This document shows, in pieces, positions 20,977-34,700 of a DNA stretch of 64,000 nt. The notes under the pieces were generated by a model. The model did no database searches, was not told where the DNA came from, and was given only the letters and a program-made list of their open reading frames with translations. A program made the position numbers and the translations under genes. Each line of letters starts with the position of its first letter. Position 1 is the stretch's first letter. Origin of the DNA: Lingula anatina (taxonomy: Eukaryota; Animalia; Brachiopoda); the NCBI GenBank assembly GCA_051362555.1, contig CM120641.1:40368401-40432400 (forward strand), written 5' to 3'.

Positions 20977-21469
20977 CTGGTCCTCATTCACAGTGCTATT
21001 TTAATCCGGCGGCATATCAAAAGCCCCACCTTTTATAATTATGTGTTACATCATTCTAACTAATTTTACTTAATTTCATTCATCAGTTTCCAACCTACAT
21101 CCAATAGGGCGACTCCCGTTTTTCGCCTACGTCCTCACACATAATTATAAAACTTAGCAAATAATTTTATTCCATAAGTCTTGGTTATAAATCCTATTAT
21201 ATGATAAATTACAGGACCCACAGCTGCATGAAGGATTCTATCATACTATCTTCTTAATCATAAATATAGAGTACCTGCATAAGGCAGACAACAATAATTT
21301 AGAAACAAGGCAGCAAAGCTGTCAAATGTACAGACAAAAAGCAGGAAATAACTATGCACAAAATAGGCTACTGTCAATTCTGATGCAAAAGTACATTATG
21401 TTAAACTGCAAATTCAACATCAAATTTTAATTATGCTCAACAGGTAATACCAATGTAAGAAAAATGTGT

Positions 21470-22172
21470 AACAAGCATAAGGCTTCAGGCCCATGGGAGT
21501 TCAAGTTCACACTTTGAAAATGTATAACTTCCAGAAAAAGAAGCCAATTAGACTGCTTTTCCAACTCAGGCTGCATTTTAGTCCTGTATTTCTTTTCTGA
21601 ACGTTTGGCAATCATCAGTAACATGGTTTTCCCATAATGGTCATCATGGCAGCAGCACCCAAAATTGTGTTTTCTTCTATTCTGATGCAATATTACATAG
21701 TGGTTAACAGCATAATGACCGTCAGTTTTTAATAATAAAATATACGTATCATGGATTTTCAGAAAATGTGACTAGCATGGGTCTTCAAGCCCATGGAACT
21801 TCAAAGTCACACCTTGAAAATGCCAATATGTAAAAATTAAATTTTCACAAAAAAAAAAAAAAACTGTTTAACTAGCAGAAAGAATTACCAAACAGACTGC
21901 ATTGCCTACTGAAGCTGTATTTTAGTCCCATGTTTCTTTCCTGTAAGTTTGAGAACAGTAAGTGACATGATTTTTCTTAAATGGTCATCATGGGAGCAGT
22001 GCCCAAAATATTTTTTTCCAAATTTTGATGCAATATTACATAACGTTTAACAGCATAATGACCATCAATTTTTAATAATAAAATATTAGTATTATGGATA
22101 TTCAGAAAATGTGACTAGCAAAGGTCTTCAGGCCCATGGAACTTCAAAGTCACAACTTGAAAATGCCAAAAT
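21470..22172. repeat. Diverged 300-340-bp tandem repeats inside HINE 2
   Basis: Recurring CTTCA(G/A)GCCCATGG(G)A..TTCAA and TGATGCAATATTACATA...AACAGCATAATGACC blocks near 21480, 21780 and 22125. Confidence 0.8.
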
Positions 22173-22175
22173 GTA

Positions 22176-22978
22176 AACAAGACAGCACTGTTCTGAAATG
22201 TTTTTTTTTCCATTTTTAACACTTTTTTAACATAAAACAAAATTAACAGTTTACTGCCATTTTTATATGATCAACTAAGAAAATTGATGAGATGTGAAAA
22301 ATATCAATAGAACAGTGTCAAATGTCCAATTTCCTCCATTCTGAGTTTCTGAACATAGTGAATGATTGAATCTTACAAACTGCAATGATATGAGTTTATT
22401 TCCATTTTTGACACCTTATTACACAATACACGATTACAAGTTTACCATCATTTTTACGTAATCAACTAACAATGTTGTAAAGATGCAGGAAATGTCAAAC
22501 AAACACTTTTACATATCTTATTAATTAAATAATGAGACTGTTAACATGCCTAAGAATTGAATCTGAGGAAATGTGAAACAAGACAGCACTATTCTGAAAT
22601 GGGTTTATTTCCATTTTTAACACTTTTTTAACATAAAACAAAATTAACAGTTTACTGCCATTTTTATATGATCAACTAAGAAAATTGATGAGATGTGAAA
22701 AATATCAATAGAACAGTGTCAAATGTCCAATTTCCTCCATTCTGAGTTTCTGAACATAGTGAATGATTGAATCTTACAAACTGCAATGATATGAGTTTAT
22801 TTCCATTTTTGACACCTTATTACACAATACACGATTACAAGTTTACCATCATTTTTACGTAATCAACTAACAATGTTGTAAAGATGAAGGAAATGTCAAA
22901 CAAACACTTTTACATATCTTATTAATTAAATAATGAGACTGTTAACATGCCTAAGAATTGAATCTGAGGAAATGTGAA
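22176..22978. repeat. 401-bp tandem duplication inside HINE 2
   Basis: Matching words at constant offset 401 (GACAGCAC at 22181/22582; ATATCAATAG at 22301/22702). Confidence 0.92.
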
Positions 22979-23400
22979 AAAACAGCATAACTTATAAAAT
23001 AATGGTCCGATTATGCTGATTTTCGAACTTGACCTGCGTTTTAGTAAGATTGATTACTCCTGTGAGTTTCATTACAACAGGCCTATGGGTTTTCCTTGAA
23101 ATGTGTTAACAGTGTTGCATATATGCTGAAAAGTGAAAAAACAGCATAACTACTAAAATAGTGGCCCGATCATGCCGATTTTCGAACTTGATCTGCTTTT
23201 TAGTAAGATTGATTACTCCTGTGAGTTTCATGACAACAGGCCTATCAGTTTTCCTTGAAATGTGTTAACAGTGTGGCATATATGCTGAAAAGTGAAAAAA
23301 CAGCATAAATTCTACAATAATGGCCCGATCATGCTGATTTTCGAACTTGACCTGTGTTTTATGAATATTCATCAGCTCTGTAAATATAAAGCCAAAAAGT
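22975..23400. repeat. 159-bp tandem repeat, about 2.6 copies, inside HINE 2
   Basis: CAGCATAA...TTTTCGAACTTGA units at 22983, 23142, 23301. Confidence 0.9.
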
Positions 23401-24439
23401 AAAACTGTCTTCCACTTATGGTGTTAACGCTGAAAGTGCACGGCGACGGCGACATGATCGGCGACGGCGACGACAGACGCAGGTGATGGCAATATGTACA
23501 GACACATCTGTGTCTGTACATAAAAACAATTTAAAGATGATACCCCAATAAGAACAAATATGTGCTACAGTATGCGCCTGCCACTTTTTTTCACATCTTT
23601 CATCTCTCCTGCATTTCCACAGTAATATAATTTTCATTTCCCCAACAGGATGCAGGGAAATGATCAAATTGCCTCATTAGACAAACATGTCAAATTGGAC
23701 ATGGATGTCACTTAAAAATTGATGTATGGTATATCAAGGTAATTAAAAACAGTAGTTAGCTAGGAATATTATGGGAGTACATTTACGGGATGTTTTTTCA
23801 TCACAATAATTTCATTAAAAAAGTAATGATAATGTGGTATTAAAAAGGTCAGATCACTCTTAGAGTGGGTTGAATGGTTGGTGAAGCAGTTTCTAGAAAT
23901 ATGGAATATATCATTGTGATCTATTATTTGTGTGTACTCGCAGTGTGTCATACAGGCGTTATTTACTATTTGATCAAATCAAGCTGCTTCACAAAGGGCC
24001 AAGTACTAACTTAAAATATCTTATCCTCCAACATTATTTTTTAATGATAAAAGCAAAGCAAAATATCAACCTTTGGGCAAGTCTCATGTTTGATTAATTT
24101 GCGATAAATAATACATTTGCAAATGGGGCTGAAAAGTCCCACTGTAATGGTTTTGATAAAACTTCAGACACATCTTTCATCATTTTAAGCAATACAATTT
24201 TGCCTCTCCCCCCTCCCCAACTCTGGGTACTGGTACTGTATACTGCCTGCTTAAAAAGTTGAGGGCATTTACTAAATCATTCTAAGGGAAAATGCACTGA
24301 ATTCATGAAACTGTCCACTGAGAAAACAATGTCCTGGGTATAGTTACAATTTGTCCCTCAATGGAGTTTGGTTGCTACGTACCTAAATTGTAGATGATGT
24401 CAAGAAAAATTATTTATCTTTCAAATCGTTTCTACTTAC

Positions 24440-24548
24440 TTCTGTATATGTCAATATCACTATCCGAATCAGTGTCCATTAAATTGCTATATGTATGCTC
24501 AGGATCTGAGCCATTCCTTGTTCTTGTATGTCTTTTCTTTTTCTTCAT
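24440..24548 (-). CDS. Alternative first coding exon of the M13 peptidase (MKKKKRHTRTRNGSDPEHTYSNLMDTDSDSDIDIYR)
   Basis: ATG at 24548, 36 codons plus A, consensus donor A|GTAAGT, phase 1 (764-aa product). Acceptor ctttgtag near 24591 implies an upstream non-coding exon. Confidence 0.65.
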
Positions 24549-24689
24549 CCTGTATTCATGATTTTTTTCATCATCTTAAATTGATTAAACCTACAAAGAG
24601 AAAATATAAATGATAAGTAGATTGCTATATTTAAAATGACAAATGAAAATATTCTCACTGATGTAGAAAATTAATAATAATAATAATTG

Positions 24690-24755
24690 AAAAAAAACAA
24701 AACAAAAACAAAAAACAAACAAACAAACAAAACAAAACAAACAAACAAACAAACA
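24690..24755. repeat. (AAAC)n/(AAAAC)n microsatellite
   Basis: Directly visible. Confidence 0.9.
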
Positions 24756-25385
24756 AGACAGTTATCAGAAACACACTGATTCAAGAGTCAATTGCTAGTG
24801 CTACCTGAATCTAACAGAAGGGTGACTAAATTAAGCCTTCTCACTTTTAATGACATAACTTCACTGGATGTCTTTGATCTAGCATAATTTAGAGTTAAAT
24901 GTTAACCCTACTAGTAGCAGTGTGGAACCCAGCAGTACATATACCAACCTGTCTTGAACTATGAAGATACATGTGATATAACTTCATGGTTTACAATCTA
25001 TATTTAACAGAGATGTGGGAAAATACCATATGGTACAATACTGTCAATTATCTACTGTATATGGATCAGGACTTGATCATTTGAAAATGCAACGACCTGT
25101 TAAAGGTAGCAGTCTATTTTGTCTCATGTACAAAAAATTGAAAGTCATTACTGCTATGGCAGGCAATGTTGTTCATATTAATAAATGAATTCATCAATTC
25201 ATTATTTTCCATATAATAATAATAATAGCTTTATTACAATTGCAACTCACTGAGTTGAAGTTGTACATGAAAGAAATTTAACAATGGTCGTCTGGTCATT
25301 TTTTGGCCAAGATGCACACTAGGTGTTGACTCTCTTGCCTCCCTTTTGAGGAGGGAGTCCAGCTGCTGTGTGAGGAGCTCATAGC

Positions 25386-25565
25386 TAACAAACAAACAAA
25401 CAATATATCTGTTGCTGCCACACTAGGAAGTTTCCCCTGCTTCCACACCTAAATGCTAAGTGACAAGGGAGACCCTTTCTGAAGGACTTGTATGTCCCTG
25501 GATGGGGTGGAACTCAAGACCTACTCTAGAGACAGATACTCTACCCACAAGGCCATCCTGTCAGT
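25386..25565 (-). mobile_element. tRNA-derived SINE (degenerate)
   Basis: Minus strand shows A-box-like TGGCCTTGTGG (25545-25555), B-box-like GAGTTCCACCC (25505-25515) at tRNA-like spacing, and a (TTTG)n tail at 25388-25403. Confidence 0.6.
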
Positions 25566-27708
25566 TCTTTGATAGGGCATACATAGGATAGGGTTTTTAA
25601 ACCCTAACCCACATTAAACAGTTAAAACTGTTCAATGTGGGGAAAATTGATGAAGTTGCCAGAAAAAAAAAATCATTTTTTACTAAATGAAGGTTTAACC
25701 CGCATTGTATGCCTTTAAATTGAATATTGTAATGAATATATGCAGGTATCATATGAAAAATTGTGGAAAACCAAGAGATAGAAGGCAGGACGATGGATGG
25801 TATGTGGTAACCTTAAAAGATATTTAATCATGAAATTTGATTTTGGTGAAGGTCAAGGGTAGCACTGGTACTTGTGGCACGTGAGTTGTATGAGAAAAGA
25901 AGGGGGTCATATGGACCGTGTCAGTGAAGAATTTTCAGCTAAACCTGAGAACAAGGAAGAAAACGTAAAACTTGATATTAAAAAATTCTCAAATATAACA
26001 GTTGGGGAAATTGCTTCAATTTATGCCCAATTTCTGATTTGAAAGCAGAGGTATTTCCTTACATGGAACATTAATGCAATCTGCAATAAGACAATGAAAA
26101 AATAGGACACTTAATGAACCAAGCAGGTATACTGTTCCTTTGTTAGAATGAGGTTAAAATACAAATAAATTTTACTGTACCATGTTTAATAACTTATCTA
26201 AATTCCCACAAAGCACACTAGGGAGGTGTGGCTGGAGGGAAGGCAAAATGCTTGTAAATTCCTGACATAGAAATATACAAAATCAATTCAAAAATTTATT
26301 AAATACTCTGGATGAACTACAGGTACACTCGCTGCCACCAACTACTCAGGCAAAGGTTAAATGATGTTAAAAGGCATGAATGCACAGTTTGTACTGTGTA
26401 CTACGAAAATCAAATTTCATTTGTTAGCTGACATAATCTGCTACAAGTAAAGGTACAAAGTACAACATATCTAGGGGAAGGTAATTTGCTGTAGATGCAG
26501 TATGAAAACCTAAGTGTACTACATTGTAGTACATATGTACATCTATTGGTCAGCAAAAAGTAGAGCATGTTCTGTCTCTGAATGCTCATAGCAGATCAAT
26601 GGACAAAATGAACTATCTTGAACTGAAGCTCCATCAAAACCTTTTGTTATGCAAAGACACCATCAGTATACTCATAGTTATGTGTAAATAATTACAATTT
26701 AGATCTTTCCAAATCCCATTTTGACTGCTTTTGCTGATATTGTTATTGATATTTTTGTAAGAAGTAGGATATTGTGCCACAGCTATATCGTAATGTACAG
26801 TTATCATTTTCCATTTGTACCTCTGCTTATAAAAATGATTTTAAATCAGAATATATAGAATACATTTGGATATGTTCACGGTACTCGTACCTGTACTGTG
26901 TAGATTACGCTGACTTGGAACGCAGATTACTTGATTGAACAGATATCTTGAGTTTTTTAAATTAATACTTATTTTTCAATACTGACGACGATATACCATG
27001 AATAAAATGCATGCCTTACATATATAGATCTACATACAGTTGTCAGCAAAGATATCTTAAATACACCCACCGTTTAAATTTCACATTCGCCCTGCTGGTC
27101 AGTGTTTTGATTTAATACTGAGACTAGTTATCAACAATGCACTTAGTTTCGAATTCGTTTTTTCCGTATTGCATTAATCTGGACATAATATCTAAATACG
27201 ATATGATCAATATAGTATAGGAAGATAACATCAATATATAATTATTTTAAATATGAGCCAGTATACTGTAAATTTTTAAAACTATTTTTATAAAAATCAG
27301 CTTTGAACAAAGGCTAGCTTATTTATGAGGCCTCTGATATTTACCTGTGGGTGGTGGATTTGCACTCCACGATAGGTATTGGCCGAACAGGAGCTGTTTC
27401 AACCGATATTATCTTTGCAAGGGAATATTACAGTCACACCTTCAAAATTCGAGTTGAACCAATTTCTTATGTCATTGAATCATCCAATTCACCTAATCTG
27501 CTGTAGAGAAGAACATGCAGTAATTTAGTATAGTTAAACTTAATGTAAACATTTTACTTTGTAGTGATATTTTATTTTAAGTAAAACTACAAAAGGCAGA
27601 AGTTTTGCAGTGAATGGCAAGGTATACAAGAGTTTATGGACGCTTGTTAAATATTTGTGTTTATATTATGATTGTCCCAGGTTTAAAATACAGGTTTGTG
27701 CATCATTT

Positions 27709-28070
27709 CAGACGTGCTGAAAACTTTTCAGAATGGCCGGACATTTGTACCGGCAGTAATGAAAAATTTTGCGGGCCGAATGGATTTTTGTCAGACCGAA
27801 AATCACTCTATTCGTTCGAAACAGATACTAACAGTACGATTAGGGTAGCTAACTTTTTTTGTGAATGTGATAGGTTTGAAATGGAAGGGAAAAACGCTTT
27901 GGGTTTTATATAATTTTATTAGTGACGTATGTCGAATGATGACTGTAAATTCAAAATTGCGGCTCTTAAAACTCTTGTCAGTCCTTTGGACCAACTAAGT
28001 CCAATATTTTACTGGTCCAGACATATTTTCCCGGTCATGACCGATCGGACCGACAGTTTCAGCATGTCTG
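27709..28070. mobile_element. MITE family A, copy 2 (362 bp), upstream of the first coding exon of the Star-like gene
   Basis: TIRs CAGACGTGCTGAAA and TTTCAGCATGTCTG; direct repeat TCATTT at 27703-27708 and 28071-28076. Confidence 0.85.
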
Positions 28071-28309
28071 TCATTTTAATGTTGCTTCAGTATGAAGAAA
28101 AAGGATCGATGGTAATTTGCCAGAAACTTTACTCAGGACATATTTGCTTAGGGTCGTTGTTCCCAATATCCAGTTTCCCAAATTGAACTTTTGAAATATT
28201 TTTCTTAACATCATAATTGAAATTTGTATTGATTACTACATGTATGGTATGGACAAAACCTTTATAGATACTGTCATACTAGTATTTGTTTTATTGACTT
28301 TCAGATACA

Positions 28310-29993
28310 ATGATAAGAAGTCGTGCCCTCAAGTTGTGCGGTTATTTTCTCTTGGGAATACATGTTTTCTTTTTACTGGACGTGTTCTTCTTCCACTTCA
28401 TAAGTTCAAGTAAAAAAGTATTGACACAAAATGAAGGCCATTCTCAGTCAGATTCTCAAAAACTATCAGTAAGTGTTGGCCACAAAATAAGAAAGACTGG
28501 AGCAGCTGGAGAGAAAGTCCACCAGGCGATATTAGATGAACTGAATAAAGACTATGCAGAACAGACTGATCCTAAGTTGATAACAGTTATAAAGGAAGAC
28601 TGGATTGATCCCCCATGGGATGGAGCTGCTAGACATGTCAGCAGAAAATATCCCTCAAACAAAGTGACAGATGTTTTGAAGAAACTTCTGAAAAAGGTAA
28701 GTACACAATACTAGTACGATGATGCATTGTCAGAAATCCTATTTTTATTTTAAAGATTGAATTAATTTTTTAGTATTTATAGGTTTTTATTGAACATGAC
28801 AGATATGCACATATCTTGTAAGTAAACTGTCTTGTGTATCTATTTTTCAGTAGAGTCATAATTTGCTGGGAGAGTTTTCACCTCAAATAAGCAGTTATTA
28901 ACAGTTATTGATTGCCAGGTAATTATGAGCTAGTTAAAGCCGCACCACACTAAATTTATGTTAAAACTTTGTTAATATTTGCTTATATATTTCTTCTTCA
29001 GGAAAAAGGCTTCTTCTTTGAGTATATTGCTGGCGTGCAGTCTTTTACCCTGTACTTAGAACAAGAGAAGAAGTGGACAGGACTCCTCGTTGAGCCAGAT
29101 TCAAAAGCATACAGTCTTCTGCAAAAGAGAAAAAGAAAGGCATATACGGCTAATGCATGCCTTTGTATAAAACCCTTTCCAACTTGGGTAAGAACGAATA
29201 AGGTCATGTGATTCTTGTACCACCAGCAGGAGCAGGAGGGTCCTTAGACTTGATGCATACTGCTGTCACCTCAGTTACTCTTAAATTTGGACAGTGTATA
29301 AGAGATGAACATTTTAAAATCTGACTGTGGCCTTATTTTTATAATGCTTCTGTTTGATCAGAAAATGCTGCTCTTTTATTTTCCTGTTCAACTGCAAATC
29401 CTTAGCTGGTGATACATACCTGGGAGACAGCCTAGAGCTGTCTGAATCTGTGACTCTTTAGTGTTACTGAAGGATTTTAGTTCACATTCAATTGATAATT
29501 TTTAATAATTGATACAATGAAACTTGGGTAATTTCCCATTTTTATCCAGTAATTTGTAGGTTGATATAATGCTTTTCAAATTATAGAAAGAAGAGACAAC
29601 TATTCATTTTAGATATTTTTCTTTTTCCAGGAACAGTTGGAACTTACATCGTATGGAAATAACACAAAAGCAAGGAAGTTTACAAGAAATATAGAATGTC
29701 AGTTTTTTCCTTTATTGTCTCTACTACTTGCAGTAAAGCACACAGATGTTGACTTCCTCAGTCTGAGAGTCAGTGAACTTGGTGATAATGATGTGCTTAA
29801 TCTTTTAAAAGCCATAAGATTTGACAACATAAATATTGAAGTTATTTCTACAACAATTTCTTTACAAATGGAGGCTAAAAATGTCCTTGAATATTATCTG
29901 GAAAACATTGGTTTTAAGCTTATCACTGAAATATCTGACAATTCAATTGAAAATACACTGATATTTACCAAAAACAGAGATGAGGGCCTGTAA
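28310..29993 (+). CDS. Star-like / FkbM (Methyltransf_21)-fold type II membrane protein, 311 aa, with degenerate methyltransferase motifs
   Basis: Exons 28310-28696, 29002-29187, 29631-29993, both introns phase 0 GT-AG. N-terminal hydrophobic anchor (LCGYFLLGIHVFFLLDVFFFHFI), then DPKLITVIKEDWIDPP, KGFFFE...TLYLEQEKKWTGLLVEPD...LQKRKRKAYTANACL and CQFFPLLSLLLAVKHTDVDFLSL...IRFDNINIEVIS, the pattern of invertebrate 'protein Star-like' FkbM-family proteins (recognised from memory, not by search). Confidence 0.85.
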
Positions 29994-31247
29994 TTTCTTG
30001 ATTTGATAAGGATTTGTGTATTTATGAAAATTTGATCTTTGTCAACATTTTCTTTTTTCAATTTACAGTTTAATGACTCTGTAATTTGGGGTCTTTTTTT
30101 TTTTATAAGTTATTTATTTCAGTAAATGCATTTTTCTTTAAAAACACCAAATGAGCACTGAATCAATATTATCTTGATATGCAGGTATACCAATGATTTT
30201 AATAAGCACACCACTTTTTGTTGCTAGAAATATTATTTCATGATTTTTTTCTTATTGTTTATTGCGTTGTGTTAAAGGAAGTAAAGTGCCCCTAGCATTT
30301 GTTATACATCTGTTATTTTGGTACTTTAATATTTTAGTGATATGGACTCCTGCCAGTTTTAGACAATTGTGGATTTTTCAAAGTGCTTAGTAAGATAATT
30401 GAAGCACTAAAAATCTTGATGTGCAAGTATATCACGCCCCTCTTTGATAGGAACATGTTTACCTATAATGATATGATTTTTTGTTGTCCTAGGTGTATTT
30501 ATGTAAATAATAAACCTCTGCTATCTATTGAACATCATATATTCCTTGTTCATTTATTTTGTTATCATGCCTAAAACAGTGTAACTTAAGATTGCAGAAG
30601 TGTGAAACTAAATGGGTAAAATCCAATAACAAATGTTTTAGTAAAATGGATGATATTTAATATCATTGCTGAAGTGCATTCTACTACCGAAATTTGTACA
30701 GAAGTGATGTCCAGCAGTGCTCTAAATGCCTGCTTGGTCACTTGTCACAGATTTGCCTTGGACTATTGTAAAGCTTAGTTTTTTGGTACTAGTAGATATG
30801 TTTCCATTTCATTCATTTGGTATTGTACAGACTTACTTTAATTAATTACAGTTCTTAAAATCCTAAACAGCCACTTAGTTATGTGCAATAGAATTGACCA
30901 TGACCTGACTTTAAGACTACTAATTTACATGTATCCTGTATTTTCACAAAACTCTGCTAGTTTAAAAATTACTACCATATCAGTTAAATGTTTAAATGAT
31001 AGAAGGCAGTACATAGATTGTTGAAAATGTTGAAGTAGCCACTGGCAGATTTGACTGCATTTTACTTGGTTACTGAATGCATATCTGGGAGGATCAAGCT
31101 AAGCAAGTGCATAGATTTTTTGAGGTGAATAACTGCCTCTTTTTTTTCAGTTTTTTTTATAGTACGATCATAGTGCTTTATTTACAAAACTAGGCTTTTT
31201 AATCCTTTTTAATGTTGTAAAATAATTTTGTTCTACCATTTTATAAA

Positions 31248-31338
31248 AATAAAAAAAGTGGAATTAAATATATTGAATCTTTTTGTCAGTCAATAAAAGC
31301 GAAATTGATTTATGACAACATTTATTAGCAACTTTATT
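31248..31338. terminator. Cluster of convergent polyadenylation signals
   Basis: AATAAA on + at 31248 and 31292; AATAAA on - at 31321-31326 and 31333-31338, between two tail-to-tail genes. Usage unproven. Confidence 0.4.
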
Positions 31339-31788
31339 TATACATATATTTTTTTTTACTTTTTGTGACTCACTTAAATTACATAAAATGCATAAGCAAA
31401 AGGTCCATGTGATCTGGTTGTTTGTGTAAGAAGAAGTCCTTTCTCTCCACTATATCACAGTGAGTGTCACATGGACATAAGCATCATTGAAAGTCACAAT
31501 ACATTCACATTAAAAAATTCTATCACAGTTTCATAAACTGACTCACATATTAGTCTTTATATAAAAATATGATTAAATTCTCTGTAATCTGTAACTGTAG
31601 TGAAATATAAGTTAAAAGTGGACGGTTTCTTTTATTCTCTGTTCTGTTATGAACAATAACACAAAGATCAATAAAAAAAATCTAAGAACAATGTCTTCAT
31701 GATGAAGTTGGACGGTAACAGCCATTTATCCTGACACAAGTAAACTATAATTGGCACAAGATATCTAGAAAAAAAAAAAAAAACAAGT

Positions 31789-34700
31789 TCAATCTTCCTC
31801 CTCTTTATCGGGGTCAAAGTTCCTATTGCTTTGTGCTGATGGAGTTTTGGTAACAATCTTGGTGACGTGAGCAAGTGGTGGGGAGTCTGCCCTCTCTTCT
31901 ACATCAGCTGGTGTAGGTGGGATAGAGGCACCTTGAGCACTCTGCGGCAACTCTAGTGGAGCTGAAGAACAACAGGAAGCTATCATGCACAAGCCATGCA
32001 AAATAAATTTGGGCAGCAGATCAAAATTAAACTTATTTTGGAAACGAGCTCACAATAATGACTGTTTGTAACATGAACTGAATGTTAGCATGCACAAATA
32101 AATTCAGTGCATAAGTTATGAACTTTTGAAATCGGAAGATTTTTTTCTTCCAAATTAGCAGAATGTAAATAAACGTGAAAATTCTAAGCAAAAATGAAAA
32201 TAAAAGTTCATGCATAGATAAATTCAGCCCATATGTTATGAACTTTTGAAATGGGAAGATCTTTTTCTTCAATATCAACAGAATGTAAATACACATGGAG
32301 AAAAACTATTTAAAGCAATAATGTAAATTAAAGTTCATTAATGCAATAAAAACAAAGCCAACAGACAATCAGCAGGGTTCAGCTGAAAAATAAAAAAGGT
32401 AGTGATTTGGACTCCGTCTTTGAATATCATGCCAAGTTAAAATTGTATGACAATTAGGAGAAACCTCATATCTTCTACCAAGTGATCATTCTACAATCAT
32501 AAATACCGTATAGATAACTAACCTTGGTGTCCTGCTAGATCCTCTTGATGAGCTTGTTCACTTGGTGTGGGGTTCTTCTTTTCTCTAGGTGTTATAGGTG
32601 GTAATGGGGATATACTGGGGAGTACTGTTGGGATGTCACTGGTCTCTGCTATCCTTACTTTCTTGTCATGGGCACTACCTGGTACACTGGCCATAGGTGT
32701 GGAAGGTGGGACAGACCCATCCACAAACCCTGAGGTTAATGAAATATTCACAGTTTATATCTATTTATATATTTCATAATGCAATGCATTCGATTGTCGT
32801 AATGTAAATAATACACCATTTTAATGTTATGATGGTCGGGAAATTTGCATTTTTTTTTTTGACAATTTTAATCAGAAATGAAATATATTTGTTCATTTTT
32901 CTAAGGTATTACTTTGAATGTTATTTTGTTTGTGCTGTGTCAGATGAAAACCTGGTGCCACGTTCGTACCCAATATGTGACACATCTTTCATGAAATACT
33001 TCACTGGTTTAGTGCATAAAATAAATTTGTGACTCATTTGTTTACCTGTATGTGAGCGAGGTCTCTTATCTTTAGTGACAATTGGCTGAGTGGATGGCCT
33101 ATTAACAGTTACATATGACCGAAGATTGGTGTTGGCTGCATTCACTAGTCTGTCATCACTGAGACTAGAGTCAACTTTTGTGCTGAAAGATAAATATCAA
33201 TACATGCCAGAGTGGAACCTTTACAAAATTCACTAAAAGAAAGAAAAACATAAATTATGATCAAATAAGAATTTAATATTTCAGACTACAAGCACAATAT
33301 TTTAATTATCATATACACGTAAGCCTCTGAATCTGTTATTTTATTATATTAAAAAAACTGACATTTTTTTCCTGCTGCACAGCTTAGCAGGTCTATAGGT
33401 CATAAATTTTAACTTCTTCAAACACTGCAAACTGAGCTCATTTTCTAGGCAGGTTTCATAATGTGTGGGCCTTTCTCTTACCTAATTTGATTTTGCCCAA
33501 TGAGCATTCTGTTGATATCCAGGTCTAACATCCTTGGTGTATTGACCAGTGAGGTTTGGTATGGATAGCCTGGTTCAAGTGCTGACTTCACATGAGATGA
33601 AGACATCTGAATACATATAAAAAATAATTAGTTCAATGAAATTCTAACATACAACAGCTTATAAGCAAAATACCCATTGAACTCAATTTTAATTTTTGCT
33701 TAAGACAAGAAAGTAAGAAAAGGGGTGTTTTTTGGTGAAATGTGAGTACTTTTTCTCGGTATGTATGTCAAATAATAAACTTCTGCCCTCTGGCAATGCC
33801 TTGAAAACTTCTCTTTGAAGCTCAAAATCTTCTGGGTTTTTTTTTGCTCAGGTGACAGTATACTATCTCACAAGTAACTTACACTCCAAACTGGCCTGGG
33901 CACCTCTCCCACCCAGTTGACAGCTGACCCTGTGAGCATCTCCCCCTCAGTAACTGGACCACGCTGCTCAGAAACACCTACTGGAACATCAGCTGCGGGC
34001 AGATTCTGGAACAATACTCATATCATTTAATTTTGGTATCTATCTGATGCAAATAAGTAAAGTTTGCAAGTTGTCTTAGTATTGTGTGAGTAATATGCTA
34101 GGTCTCCATTGTAACTTTTGTAATTTGATTAAAAACTTGTTTTGAAAGTCGTACATTTGAAACATAATGGAAGAGTTAGTTTATTTAAAAAGGGAAAAAT
34201 GGTGTGTCTCCTTGCTGAAATCGCCAGTACCTGTCCATATCGCCTATAGGTGGCACTTCTAGAATTGGAAGCAGGAGTAGGAGCTGGCACATATGCACTG
34301 TGCTGTCTGTCCCTAATGGAAGCTAGGTAGTTCTTGAATGGTTTACTCAGGGGTCCATTGTATCCAGCATGACCAAACGGTCTGGGAAAAAAATAATATA
34401 AACAATACAATATATTTCACAGCTACTTCTCATTAGTAAAAAAATTACTTTCCTGTACTGTTATAATAGGAAGGTTTCCTTTTTCTAATAATCTATATGT
34501 CATAAAAATATCTGAACATACTTAGTGTTACATATGAATAATCTTTTTATGATGAACTATAGTAACACTGATATGAAAAAATACATTCACTATTAAACGA
34601 TGAAGGTAAAAGCACATATGGGCACAATATCTAAAGATATCAAGCAACTGGCTTTCCAAATGAAAATAATGATTTTATTACCTCCCCCTGTATGAATAGT

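Larger units (their letters stand above)
21303..23526 (-). mobile_element. Non-autonomous Helentron-type element (HINE-like) no. 2 with internal tandem repeats
   Basis: Subterminal IR ATGTACAGACA (21326-21336) versus TGTCTGTACAT (23511-23521); terminal hairpin TATGTACAGACAC-ATCT-GTGTCTGTACATA (23493-23522); adjacent CGG/CGA microsatellite; stem-loop GGCAGC-AAA-GCTGTC next to AAACAAG (CTTGTTT end on the minus strand). Confidence 0.75.

Noticed and set aside
25500-25565. Possible tRNA gene
   Set aside because: A- and B-box-like motifs only; no convincing cloverleaf, and a body plus (TTTG)n tail follows, so it is called a SINE.
27614-28186. ORFs 27614-27913, 27803-27994 and 27929-28186
   Set aside because: They overlap MITE A copy 2 and show no transposase motifs.
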